Source: Fimicolochytrium jonesii
Taxonomy: Eukaryota
Direction of reading: 5' to 3'
NCBI RefSeq assembly: GCF_025526975.1
Contig: NW_026515682.1
Location: 1-64,000 of the forward strand
Length of the DNA: 64,000 bases
Shown here: positions 33,966 to 45,744 of the stretch, piece by piece
How positions within the stretch are numbered: position 1 is the stretch's first letter
Layout: every line of letters begins with the position of its first letter
Notes under the pieces: model-generated
Seen by the model: the letters and a program-made list of their open reading frames with translations, nothing else
What the model was told of the DNA's origin: nothing
The model's database searches: none
Translations under genes and position numbers: made by a program

Positions 33966-34805
33966 CTATCTGGCAAGCATAACCACCTCCTCACCTTCCA
34001 CCTTCCGCCAGGCCACCTTATCCAAATCGAGCTTTAAATCCGGCTCCACAAGAAATGTCACTCGAGACGCCGTGGACAGATCGAATGACATGGTCATCGA
34101 ATAGATGAAGGGAAAAGCGCCTATCATACGAATAGCGCCGAACGCCCATCTGACACTTCCTATCAGAGTCAGAAGCTTTATCCAGCCTTGTTCTGCGGCG
34201 GCCTCAAAGTCAGCGAAGACTGGAAGGTGTATTCTGTTCCTTGTGATGAGTACCGCCTTCTCCGGAGGTTTACCGCCCAATAGGTAATTCCCCAACGCAT
34301 TCACCACAGACAGGCTCTCCGCGATCACCGGCGAGACGGGCGTCGCCAGCTCCAAAGCGAGATGCACAATGCACATTGAGTGCGAGACGGCACATTTCCG
34401 ATGCTTCCTCCGCGGGTGTCTCCTGCTCCTCAAGAAGATCCAGCGTTCTTTCAAACAGTTTGAGATAATCTTTTGGCTGCCCGTACTTTTGAGGCCGTTG
34501 CCACATTGCCCTTTCGAGAAGGTTCTTTTGCGGAGGGTAGAGAGAGGGTCGGAAAGTAACGTCGAAAGTCCCTCGGGTCTCTCACGGGCAGACGAGATCT
34601 CGTACGGACGCATTCCGCCCAGGAGGTGCACCCCACCGGTTTGGCATCGCCGCAGATGCCTCAAACGTCGTCTCATCTCGGTCTGCGTTGCGTTCCGTCC
34701 TGCCCAGTGTGTCTGCCCGTAGACCAATAAATCTGAGAGGGATAGGTGCTCCAGTAGGAGAGCTTGGATTTCCGGGACCTGGAAAATGGACCTGCGTGGC
34801 AGCAT
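33966..34805 (-). CDS. Hypothetical protein with F-box-like N-terminus (possibly degenerate)
   Basis: 279-aa ATG ORF. IFQVPEIQALLLEHLSLSDLL resembles an F-box helix pattern. The remainder is unrecognised. Confidence 0.35.
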   Translation of the reverse strand: MLPRRSIFQVPEIQALLLEHLSLSDLLVYGQTHWAGRNATQTEMRRRLRHLRRCQTGGVHLLGGMRPYEISSARERPEGLSTLLSDPLSTLRKRTFSKGQCGNGLKSTGSQKIISNCLKERWIFLRSRRHPRRKHRKCAVSHSMCIVHLALELATPVSPVIAESLSVVNALGNYLLGGKPPEKAVLITRNRIHLPVFADFEAAAEQGWIKLLTLIGSVRWAFGAIRMIGAFPFIYSMTMSFDLSTASRVTFLVEPDLKLDLDKVAWRKVEGEEVVMLAR

Positions 34806-35147
34806 GTCGGAAGTCGCAACTCATGCTGTCTGGTGGAAGACAACCTTGGTTAATGACCGTGGTCACGTGAGCTGCAATAAACTGGCAAAGTTCCGAATGC
34901 CCAAAAGTTCATTCGCCGTCGCTCGCTCCCGCCCGTCATACATTCCACCGAAAAAAGAACAGCAGCAAGCTTACTACCCATCTCGCCGCCGCCGCCGACT
35001 GCTCTTACAAGCCGTTCCGACCTATCTCAGTACCGAGTCTGCCTGTGGCCGCACCTGAGCTCCGCTCGATCCGCAAGTCCATATTATTGCGACCACGTTT
35101 CCGAAACCGTCCATCACCCCAACAAAGCAAATAAGCCCTCACCCAAA

Positions 35148-35822
35148 ATGACTGTAGACCACAGCCGAGACCCGTGCCCTTACTCCATAGTCAACGACGT
35201 CGGTGTCGGGTTCTGCATGGGAGCCATTGGTGGCTCCGTCTGGCACGGATTCAAAGGGTACCGCAACTCTCCTCGCGGCGAACGGTTCACGGGCTCCCTA
35301 GCGAGTATCAAGGCCCGTGCACCCGTCATTGGTGGAAACTTTGCCGTCTGGTCCGGCTTGTTCAACGCTGGGGACTGTACGATTGCGCACGTCCGTGGGA
35401 AGGAGGACGCCTGGAATCCCATTCTGGCTGGAACGGCCACCGGCGCGATCTTGGCGGCTCGGAGCGGGCCGAAAGTGATGGCGATCAGCGCTGTCTTCGG
35501 AGGAGCCATCTTGGCGGCGATGGAAGGTGTTGGGGCCATGATCAACCGGATGAACTCGGATACGTACAAGCCTCAGGCACCCCCATTGCCGGAGTTGCCA
35601 GCGGGTTTCCAGCCCGAAACGGCACAGCAGCAGTTGGCTGTCTTGGGGGGCGAGTCAAATAAAGACGGAAACTGGAATGCGAATGCGAACGACACGGCAT
35701 CCACATTAGCCGATCCATACCAGCAAGCACCACAACAAGCCCAACAGCAACCACAACAGGGAGCACAGCCATCACAACCGGCACAACCGCAAAGGAGAGG
35801 ATTGTTTGGGTTCTCGGGATGA
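35148..35822 (+). CDS. TIM17: Mitochondrial inner membrane translocase subunit Tim17
   Basis: DHSRDPCP, GxxxG-rich TM segments, RAPVIGGNFAVW, RGKEDAWN. Q-rich tail. Confidence 0.95.
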   Translation: MTVDHSRDPCPYSIVNDVGVGFCMGAIGGSVWHGFKGYRNSPRGERFTGSLASIKARAPVIGGNFAVWSGLFNAGDCTIAHVRGKEDAWNPILAGTATGAILAARSGPKVMAISAVFGGAILAAMEGVGAMINRMNSDTYKPQAPPLPELPAGFQPETAQQQLAVLGGESNKDGNWNANANDTASTLADPYQQAPQQAQQQPQQGAQPSQPAQPQRRGLFGFSG

Positions 35823-36134
35823 TGGGATTGGGATCGTAGGTGAAGAATGGGAGGAGGTGGAAGAGGGGCATGATGCATAGTCGGAGCAAAACACGTTATC
35901 GTAGCCGGTCATTGGAAATAGGAAGGAGAGGTCACGTAGGGGTTAAGTTTTGCCAACTATCATGTATATGGGATCTAGACTGCAATTTATTTACAACTTC
36001 GCTTTGCTAGTAGCTATTGTTCTGAGCCATCTTCCCAAAATTGTTTTTGAGTGCCAGAAGCCTAAGTTTATACTGGCGACAACTGGCACCCGCGGATTCG
36101 AGAAAACCACAGGCGCCAGCCTTTGATGAATCAA

Positions 36135-37802
36135 TCATTTCCGGAATTTGGCACGATTGTTGTCTCGGACCGCCCTTCCCAGTACGACACATTCCCGCGC
36201 ACTCATCACCCTCTCTATGAAATCCATCTTTCTCACAGTGGCACTCTGGTAGAGCAGCTCTTCCGCCGCGGTATAACTGAGCGGGCCTTGCGATGGTGCG
36301 CGCGCTCCGGAACGCTGCGAAGCGGGTATTGTATGTGGTTGACTCGCTTTCTGAAAAGAAGCCGGTGTTGTTGTATCTTTGGAACTCCGGAGCATCAAAA
36401 TCCTGATCGCTGTTTCAGGTATCAGTACTAGTCGGACAAACTTGTCGGTTCTTGAGGCATCGGAGGCGAGAAGGGAAATTGCGGAAGCCTCATGTGAAGC
36501 TGGTGGCGACGGTAGTGCGCAGGATTCCCGCGTATCAGTGGTATCAGAAGAGGCATCCAGTGACCGGAGTGATTCCTGCGAAAGAGGGTCTTTCGCCGAC
36601 TGTGGAGTTGAGGATATCTCGGGGTCGCCTTCATTTCCATCAGCGCTCGATTTTATGCGGTTTCGGCGTGGCCGTGTTTTTGGCTGTTCGGTGTCTTTTA
36701 GCTTCGACTCCCCTTCCTCAGACTCCCGTTCGACCAACCCAAACAACTCCTTCTTGCATGTGCGCACAATGAGTTCAGTCTGGTCGACGTCCATCGGGCC
36801 TGTCCTGAGCCCTATTTCCAGCGCTTTTATATCTCCGTCAAAGAACAGCTCGCATCTCCGATGGGCGGATATCGGTCCGTCCACCAGTTCTCGAATGTCT
36901 GGCAAAACAGCCGTGAACTCCGAAAGCAGCTCGGGATCCTCGTAGTCCGCGGACGGGGCTCGATCTTCCGAGAGGGACTTTGACACATCCCCGACCTCCA
37001 CTTTGTGGAACTCGGGGTCGAACGGCGTATGGAACTTATGTCTGGGCAGGGAGCGAGAGTACCCGAGCCCAAACGTGAGTTTGTACTTTCCCGTGGATGG
37101 GTTGAAGCTCTCCACTCGGGCAGGGTAATACCGACGATCATCCGCGAAGAAGGCCAACACGGCCTCCCCTGGAATCTGCAGTGTCTTATCACCGCACTCG
37201 TCGCTATCGTCGCTTCCGTCATCGACATCCCATCCTGGATCTCTCGCTACGGTGGCATCTAACCGTTGCCGTTTGCTCCGCTGATCCGCTTTTATTGTCT
37301 CGCCGGACCGTTTCTTCTTAGCGCTCGTTCTGCTCGGGGATGGAACAAATGGCTCGGGCGCACTCGATAGATATTCCAAAAAGATTGCACGTGGGTCTTT
37401 CAGCATATCTGCAACAGTATCGTCGTCATTAAAGTCGTCATCGTCGTCCGACGGTTGTGCTTCGGACACCGGTTTGTTTAACATTATTTCCAATCTTTCG
37501 GCCGCTCGTGATGCAGGTCCACCATCATGCGCATTCCTTTCCACAGAAAGCTCCATCGGCAACGGGGACGACGACGCCTTTACTCCTACTCTTTCTTCTT
37601 TCTTCCACCGCGCGCCTCCTTTCCCTGCCCGCTTCACTTCTGGCGAACTCTGTGGCGTCAACCGCGCTGCTTTCTTTCGGGGAGTGTTCGCGGCCACGCG
37701 TACTCCTCCGACTGCGTTTTCGGGCTTGTCCGCAGCAGCTGAACCACTGGTCAGCCGGGCGGAGCGTCGTCGGGTGGCCGTTGCGTCGGTGTTAGCGGGC
37801 AT
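36135..37802 (-). CDS. Probable nuclear protein with a Tudor-like (royal family) domain
   Basis: PGEAVLAFFADDRRYYPARVESFNPSTGKYKLTF. Basic NLS-like stretches and acidic stretches. Single exon. Confidence 0.65.
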   Translation of the reverse strand: MPANTDATATRRRSARLTSGSAAADKPENAVGGVRVAANTPRKKAARLTPQSSPEVKRAGKGGARWKKEERVGVKASSSPLPMELSVERNAHDGGPASRAAERLEIMLNKPVSEAQPSDDDDDFNDDDTVADMLKDPRAIFLEYLSSAPEPFVPSPSRTSAKKKRSGETIKADQRSKRQRLDATVARDPGWDVDDGSDDSDECGDKTLQIPGEAVLAFFADDRRYYPARVESFNPSTGKYKLTFGLGYSRSLPRHKFHTPFDPEFHKVEVGDVSKSLSEDRAPSADYEDPELLSEFTAVLPDIRELVDGPISAHRRCELFFDGDIKALEIGLRTGPMDVDQTELIVRTCKKELFGLVERESEEGESKLKDTEQPKTRPRRNRIKSSADGNEGDPEISSTPQSAKDPLSQESLRSLDASSDTTDTRESCALPSPPASHEASAISLLASDASRTDKFVRLVLIPETAIRILMLRSSKDTTTPASFQKASQPHTIPASQRSGARAPSQGPLSYTAAEELLYQSATVRKMDFIERVMSARECVVLGRAVRDNNRAKFRK

Positions 37803-38308
37803 GGCGAGCCATGAAACCACAAGGTGAGACGAGGTCAAGTTGGGCTTGTGCGAACGATAATATGACAGACCGCAACCTTGAACCGGGGTCTGGCGTCCGG
37901 ATAGGAGAGTTTAGTCTTCTGAGCTGCTGAATTGCGGTACAGTGTACGGTGTAAGGCCGGCGTGGCATGCCAGTGTTCCCGAAATTCGAATGTCAAAAAA
38001 CTTGCAAGGTTGGGTTGAATTCGATTTCGATGCCACGCGGTCACCACGTTTGTCCGAACGGGTCCGAGAGCAGTCCGAGAGTAACTCGGAGGCTGTTAAC
38101 GAAATAAAGAATTACACTGCACATCAGGCTCTGATGGTGGTTCGCAGCATGCATATATACATCGATAGACTATACATATAGAGATTCATCGCATTGGATC
38201 CCCTTTCTCCCACATCATTCGTGGCAAGCTTCGGAAATGGAGTTACGACGGCAAGAGAATAACTAATTGACATGGGAAACTTTATTCTTTTTTTCCTTGA
38301 GAAGGGCA

Positions 38309-38928
38309 TCACGCAAAGAGCTGCTCGAGAAACTCCATCGAATCCTGATGAACGGCGGAGGTATCTTCTTCTTTGTGTTTACGCTTCTTCGTTTGTTGCT
38401 GCATATTACGAAGCCTTCTGGTTGCCGCTGTCATCGTCGTCTGGTTCTGGGAAATGATCTGTTCGTGAGCCATTCGTGGCTGGGAAAAGCTGGAGATCAA
38501 ATCAAGGCGGCTACCTTCATTCTTCAGCGCATTCTCATGTTCCGCATCATCTACAGGCACCGTCTCTTGTTTTTGTACTTTCTTAGGACGCTTAGGTTCC
38601 TTCCTAGCTTGAGACTTCTTGGTCTCGCCGTTCTTGGCAATATTGTCAGCCGCCTCCGGCTTGACAGCATCGACCTTCGCAGCAGCGTGTTTGAGACGGT
38701 TATAGCGACTAGAAACGGAAGCCGCCGTTCGTTGGGTTGGAAAATGCTCATTAAGAAACTTTGCGACTGTATCAGCGGACGCGCCGGCGTATAAGCCCAT
38801 CAAGATGGCGGTGTCCTCTTTCTCATCGAATGTGGGAGGTCGGCCCTTGATTGGCAGAGAAAATTCAGGCAAAGTTGTTCCTCTCGAAGAACTCTAATCA
38901 GGGACACCTCAAAGACGAATACTACCAT
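38309..38928 (-). CDS. Small protein with N-terminal Myb/SANT-like domain
   Basis: FDEKEDTAIL...VAKFLNEHFPTQRTAASVSSRYNRLK. The start codon is probably in a separate exon (intron 38846-38925). Confidence 0.6.
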
Positions 38929-39309
38929 GATTGTGTTCTAGCACAACAGAAGCTTCCGGGTGGGAGATGCGTGGTCTTGCTCGTTTTCTTCCGCAATCGC
39001 GTTATTAAGGTAGAGTATCCGACGAATGGTATGGAAAATGAGGAGGAACTCCTGCTTTGTGCAAAGCTAATGTCGTGTCTCTGCCCTCACGGGCTCGTGT
39101 CCCGAACCGCCCCAAACCATGAACGGGGGAGATCTGGGTCCACGATTGACGGGATTTTGACAACATGTGAATTTCTGACGCATTTCAACGCCATCTATCA
39201 CAGGAATCTAACAACTTGCTCATGGAAATACTAGGTACGTATTATTAGAATGAGAGATACAAAAAAGAACTCGTCGAACATCCATTGCTACTAGAGTACA
39301 CGGTTCTAC

Positions 39310-40918
39310 CTACTTGTTCTGGGTAGACTCCCACTCTGCATATATCCCGTTGAGATATTGTCCAGCTGTCCAGCTCACAAGATTTGTCCGAGGGTTGATA
39401 AACACATCAAAAGCATGATGGGCGTACGGGAACTCCATGTATATGGCAGCTCTGTGACTCGCGGTGCTCGAGAGGGAAGAGTCGTGAGCATGTGGAGGCA
39501 CCGTTGTCTCGACCGCCCGCAGCTTCTTTTCGAAAGCTCTGACGGTAGGATGCGGGACGATGTTATCATTGTGTCCTTGGAAGATGAGGAAGGGAGGAAT
39601 CTTTGCTTTCGATCCGTCCACCACCTCGCCGGGCTTGGTTTGTCCCGGTACGAGGGAGATGGGACAGGCGTTCTTTCTGAGCCACGCTTCGTCGTAACGC
39701 GCCAATCCCGAAACTGAGGTTGCAAACCAGAGGCCGAAGTCGCCTTGTGGATAACCACTTGCGTTGGTAACGTCCACTACCGGATAGTACGGTACGCAAG
39801 CGGACAATTCGGTGGAGATGGACTCGAAACCGGGCTGGAAGCTTGGTTCATTCGGTGTGAGTGCCATCATGCTAGCAAGATGGCCTCCTGCAGATCCGCC
39901 GCTGACTACCACGAATGCTGGAGACCGGCAATATGAAATTATCAGATGTCTACATCGTGCAAGCATATTAAATCACGCGGCGCGAAACTTACCAGGGTCG
40001 CCTCCGAATTTAGAAATGTTCAACCGAATCCACCTCAAAGCCCTTTTGCAGTCGATGAGATGCTCGGGATACTTGACAAGAGGATTCATCCTGTAGTTGA
40101 TGTTGACCACCACCCAGCCTTGTTGAGCCATATGCCAGCATATGGGGGTCACGAGTTTTTGTTTATCGCCCATAGACCACGCGCCGCCGTGGATGTACAT
40201 GAAAACTGGCCGAGGATGGGTAGGTGATGTACGAGCCTTTTTGTTGCTATTGGAAGTGATGACATCAAGTTGTACGAACTGCTCGGTGGCATCAGTTATG
40301 CCGAGTGAGGACATTTCTTCCGAAGTCAAGTAGGTGATGTTCGAGTGCATGGTGAGACCCAGGGGTCTCCAATATGGAAGAAGCGAGGCGAAGATGAAAC
40401 GGATGCTGGAGGGTCGGAGAGGGACGCGAAAACCAGATTTAAGACTGTGTGCGACCGAATCGTCTCAAACATAAATTAGCCATAAAGAGGCCAGCTTCAT
40501 ACCTGGTGATGTACGACAGCAACGACCCTCTCTTGATTTTGCTTGCGCCGGAATGCCCTTCGTTCTGCATCTTTTGCAGCTCTTTGTCGATTACCCGCTT
40601 GGCGGTCACCAGACCGACCGCAGCGCTCCCCAGCAGCGCGAGGACGTTCGCGGCGAAGGCAACCTCGGTTATGACCGCCAATGCTTTCGAGGTGTCATCA
40701 AATACATGACAACCGGCTGCCACTCCGAACAACACGACATTAATGGCGAGGATGGTGAGCGATAAGTCGGAGAAGACGAGCGCCACTCCAAAGTATATCC
40801 ATTTGCTTTTCCAATTGGTAATGGCGGGGGGCACATGTGCAATGTAAACACAGTATATACAGGCGAGTTGGAGTAGGAGGAGGAGGACGGCGACTGCCGT
40901 AGCTGACGCGAACGACAT
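39310..40918 (-). CDS. Membrane-anchored alpha/beta hydrolase (esterase), 3 exons
   Basis: Three N-terminal hydrophobic helices. IHGGAW, GGSAGGHL, DNIVP, HHAFD. Confidence 0.88.
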
Positions 40919-42873
40919 CTTGGAAACTTTCCCTTTCGGCGGCCGGACCGTTGCCTGTGCTCGTGCTTTTATATCTTCTCCAGTGGATTTGATTGAAGGT
41001 CGGTTGTCGTTGGGAGTTGGGCAGCTCGTTTTGAGGAAGCGGAGCGGAGGTTCTCCACCTCTTTGAGGCCAGCCATTGGATTTTCCGGTTCCAAAAGTTC
41101 ATCAGTTGTAATCCATCGGTAATCTACCGAACGTGGAGGTTACACCAGGCTTGAGCTTGGCTACGCGAATGTTGATCGTCGCGTGATGCATCAGCGTGCG
41201 TAAGCACGCGTTCGGTCGCGCCCCGCTATATACTGTATAATCCCACGCTCACTTGGGAATCTCGCCCCAACATCGGCAAGGACCAAGAAGAATCCAGCGC
41301 TCTGACATTGATGCTTGCCCAACCGATCCCATCTTTTCCATTCATTTGTTTTTTCGACGATTACGCGGCAGGTGCCATGTGGGATGCCTTTCTGGAACGA
41401 AAACCCAACTGAACCCTCGTCAGTCGTTCTTCTCCTTTCTCCGTTAACAACCAAGGGAAAATGCTGCACTTTCGTTTTCACATTGATGTGTTCTCTCACC
41501 TCTGTTGCCCTTTCGCTCTCTACGTATACTGGACAAAACGCCGTTCCTGGACAAAAACTCCGTCTCTCTTACATCGCCGGCCATGTCCCACCGCGTTTCT
41601 TTTGGTGTTTTTCACAGATTGGCCGCCAGGCCCAGAGAGGAGGTGAGTTTCCACCAGTCCAACTTCCCGCACATGTTGACCTCCGTCCTCCTTACGTTCC
41701 TTCCGAGATCGAATATCGACGGCATGCGAGCCTTTAGGACTAGTTGAGGACGGCTAACTCCGTCATCTGACTCATCTCCCACCCATCGTTTCCCATTTCC
41801 TCCCTTCTCATAGCTGCGACCAGACTTCGTAGGTGCTTGTTCACAACATCGCAGGTTTTTAGTGTTTATGTTATGTAGTCGTCCTTTTCATATAACAGAC
41901 TTAAACGTATGTACGTTTCCATCTGTACTGTACATACCCAAAGTTGAAGGAGCTTCTTGCCAAACTTGGACATTTGGAAGGGTCCTCCTTCCACTCGCTT
42001 GGCCGACCATCTCGTCTTTGCTTTCTCAGTTTTAGGAGCACACAGACAATGGACACGTCCCCTCGCATTGCAAGCACGTCAATCCAGCCTCGTTTTCAAA
42101 GCCGCCGGAAGGTTTGCACAACAGCAACAAGTTGCGCGGCCTCCGTTGGATGGAGCCCCCATATAACATTTGCCCGTTAAGTCTTCCTCAAGCTTATCAT
42201 CACAGCGCCTCCCTGTGATGTCGTCCCTGCAAGCCTCCACGAGCGATACACCTAGGATTGTGGGGCCCTTCCTATGGTCGAAACGGAGCTCGGTGGTCGA
42301 TTGCTCCTCATCATGTATATGGGTCAATGCTCTCGTGCGTATATGCTGAGGAGCGGAACCTTTGACTCTTTGAGTGGCATGTGCGATTTCCTGTTTTACC
42401 CTAAGCGGCACTCAACCCAAGTCCGACGGGGAGAGGGAAATTGCGGCCTGGACGCGTGACGTGGCTTGGTGACACGCCTTGTGCGCATCTCTCGGATTGA
42501 CATTTCCCACCCCAATTCCTCGTCAACTGCCGCCGGGAATGGGATGTGGATTCAGGGATTATGGGGTTTGGCCTGGCCGCGGAGGCGGAGACGGCCCAGA
42601 AAACTCGGCCCTTTTCACGCGGAGATGACCCTCAAATAATGGTTTTTGGTCCAACCTCAGGCGAGGCGTCTCGCTGAGGCAAGTATGGTTCGTGCGCTTC
42701 GTATAAAAGCGACGGCGGTCCACATCCGATTGGAACCAGAAGTGTTTTTCACTGGTACACCGCCTCCTCGAGCTCGCCATCGCCGACCCCACGCTTCTGC
42801 CGCGCGTGCCCAATCTATTCGCGAAGTTTAGACAATCCGACAGTGTCCCAGCAAGCTCCTTCCTACACGAACG

Positions 42874-44571
42874 ATGGCCCTCGCTCTCCCCGCTACTGTG
42901 GCCGCGGGCTTTCTCTGGGGCGCCTACGAGCACCGCAATCGCGCCATCGGCAATCAAAAGCCTGTCTCGCAGCTTCCTTTAGGCCCTTCCTTCTTCCCCA
43001 TTATCGGTAACCTGATCGCGATCCTACGCACTTGGGCCGCGTCGAACGAGGCGATGCACGATATGATCTTGGAACAGATCAAGAAGGATCCCAAGTCAGT
43101 CAAATGTGTCCAATTTTCGATCCCTTTTCGGCCACTTATGATCCTCACCTGGGATCCTCGCAACGTGGAACACATCCTCAAAACAAATTTCGACAATTTC
43201 GTGAAAGGCGAGGAATTCCGCCACAACATGGGGGATCTTTTAGGTGCTGGCATCTTTGTCGTGGATGGAGAGCCTTGGAAGAAGCAGCGCAAAATGGCTT
43301 CACACATCTTCAGCGTTCGGAATTTTCGTGACTTCACTGCCAACGTGTTTGCCGACGAGTCTGTGAAGCTGGGTGCTCTCTTGGAAAACGCCGCACAGAC
43401 CGGACAAACCATAGACCTTCAAGATGCCTTCTTCAGATTCAGTAAGTACTTGAGAAACGCGATTGTGGAACCTTGACTCCTTCGCAGGAATCTACATCTG
43501 GAGCTCACATGTTATGTTCTTTGCTGTTAGCTCTTGATTCATTCGTCAAGCTTGCCTTTGGTATCAATCTCGGATCCCTCGATTCCCCTCTCCCTGTCCC
43601 ATTCGCCGCCGCATTTGACCGAGCCCAGACGTTCTGCGATGAGCGATTTAGGCTACCCGGCGCAGCCATGATCCACGCCCTATCGGGCCGCGGAAAGCAG
43701 CATGCGAAAGATCTCGATTTGATACACGAATTTGCGCGGTCCATCATCTCGCGTCGCCGTAATGGAGGATCGGACAGTCCCGAGCTCAGCCAAGGGAACG
43801 ACCTCTTGGCTTTGTTGTTGAGGATTACCCGCGAGGGCGGTGACGCCCTATCGGACGACGAGCTTGCGGACATGGTCTTGAACTTCATAATTGCTGGACG
43901 CGACACAACGGCCCAGGCTCTGTCATGGACATTCCTCCTGCTCACGAAAAACAAGCACATCGAAGCGGAAGCTGTATCGGAGATGAAGAAGTTCTTTGGC
44001 GCCGATCGGCTCGCCGACCCGAACTTCGAAACCACCTACGACGAAGTCAAAGACTGGACGTACGGAAAGGCCCTCTTCTACGAAACATTGCGTTTCTATC
44101 CATCGGTGCCGAAGGATGGCAAGTACGCTGTGAAGGAAGACGTCCTACCTGACGGGACCGTCGTTCCGGCTGGCGCCTTGGTCATGTTCAGCAATTGGGT
44201 GATGGGGCGCTTAGAGGAGCTCCACGGGAGCGATGCTGCCGACTTCAAGCCGACGCGGTGGATTGATCCCGACACTCAGGCATTCAAGACTCCTAGTCAG
44301 GTAAGGAGTACGTTCTTCCATAAGTGACGGGTCCTGTTGTTAACAGACGGTGTCCTTATACTTGTAGTTCCAATACCCGGTCTTCTTTGCTGGTCCTCGA
44401 GTCTGTCTCGGACAAACGATGGCAACCATAGAGGGCGTCTACGTGATCATTCAAGTCCTGCGGCGATTCTCGATTGAGGTGCAGCTTCCGGAGAAAGTGA
44501 CCTACACTAATAGTCTGACCTTGCCGATGAGTGGCCCTCTCAGGGTGCACGTCAGCAGGAGAGATCTTTGA
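42874..44571 (+). CDS. Cytochrome P450, CYP52/CYP86/CYP704-like fatty-acid hydroxylase type, 3 exons
   Basis: DPRNVEHILKTNF, AGRDTTA, ETLR, FKPTRW and heme motif FFAGPRVCLG. Confidence 0.93.
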
Positions 44572-44783
44572 ACGTCCTCGGTTTCGTGCCACGTTTTTTT
44601 GTCATTTTGTGGGACCCGCACGTTCATATGTACACAGTTCATATAAATACTTTCAGTAACTAGACCTACTCTGAACTGAGCCGATGAGTGAAACAATGTG
44701 ACGGAGTGACTAGAAGGGGCCAGCTGCCTTCCACGTCTGTCCCCGTATTAACCTATGTACAACAAAGACATCTGCCAGTGTTT

Positions 44784-45744
44784 TCATAATCCTTGCGATC
44801 GAATCAGCTGCACACCAAGAACTCATTAGCAGTAGGCTCGTAAATGGCGGCGAACGCACACAAGGCTCACCCGTAAGAACTCTTCTCTAGTTTTGGGATC
44901 GTCTCTGAAAGCGCCAAGCATGCAACTTGTTACTGTGCTGCTTCCCGGCTTCTGAACCCCGCGCATCACCATGCACATGTGTCTAATGGGAAAGAGGTTA
45001 ACATCTGAACTAATCAGTGAAGCACGCGTATCGAACGTACGATGCTTCCATTGTCACAGCGACACCACCAGGTCGTAAGATCTCCATCAACGACATTGCT
45101 ATTTGCTTCGTCAAACGCTCTTGTACTTGCAAACGCCGGCTGAACATCTCGGCGATTCGGGCCAGTTTGCTCAGACCTAGGACCCGCTTGTTTGGTAGGT
45201 ACCCTATGCTGACCTGAAAGACGAGCCCGTCAGGTCGGAGTGGTAGATGCGGAAAACGATGTCTTTGCTCCCAACTCACCTTCCCAACAAAAGGCACCAT
45301 GTGGTGCTCACATAGAGAAAACACATCGATATTCTTCACAATGACCATTTCATCGTGGTCTTCTTCGAACACAGCGTCATTTATGATATCGCGTAGATTC
45401 GCCTCATATCCTTGCGTGAAGAACATCAGCGCCTTGGCATAACGCATAGGCGTCTTGACCACCCCATCGCGTTCCGGGTCTTCCCCCACACACTCCAGCA
45501 ATGTCTTTATTGCTCCGGCCATTTTCTCCAGCCGCGCCTCGCGCTCCTGTTCCGACTCTTCCTTGCGCTCCTTTGTTCCTTTGGAGGGCCACGCATATCC
45601 TTGGCGGTCGATGGCCTCAGCTGCTCGATATGGGGAAGCGGTCCGGCTAACTTCACGTTCCCGAAAGCGAGTTAAGAATACTGGGGAGTCCGAACCATTT
45701 TGACTTGGATTGTCGTGCTGCGAGTCTGCGACTGGGCCGTCCAT
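44784..45744 (-). CDS. FOL2: GTP cyclohydrolase I, 4 exons
   Basis: [47 protein letters not shown]. Confidence 0.96.
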
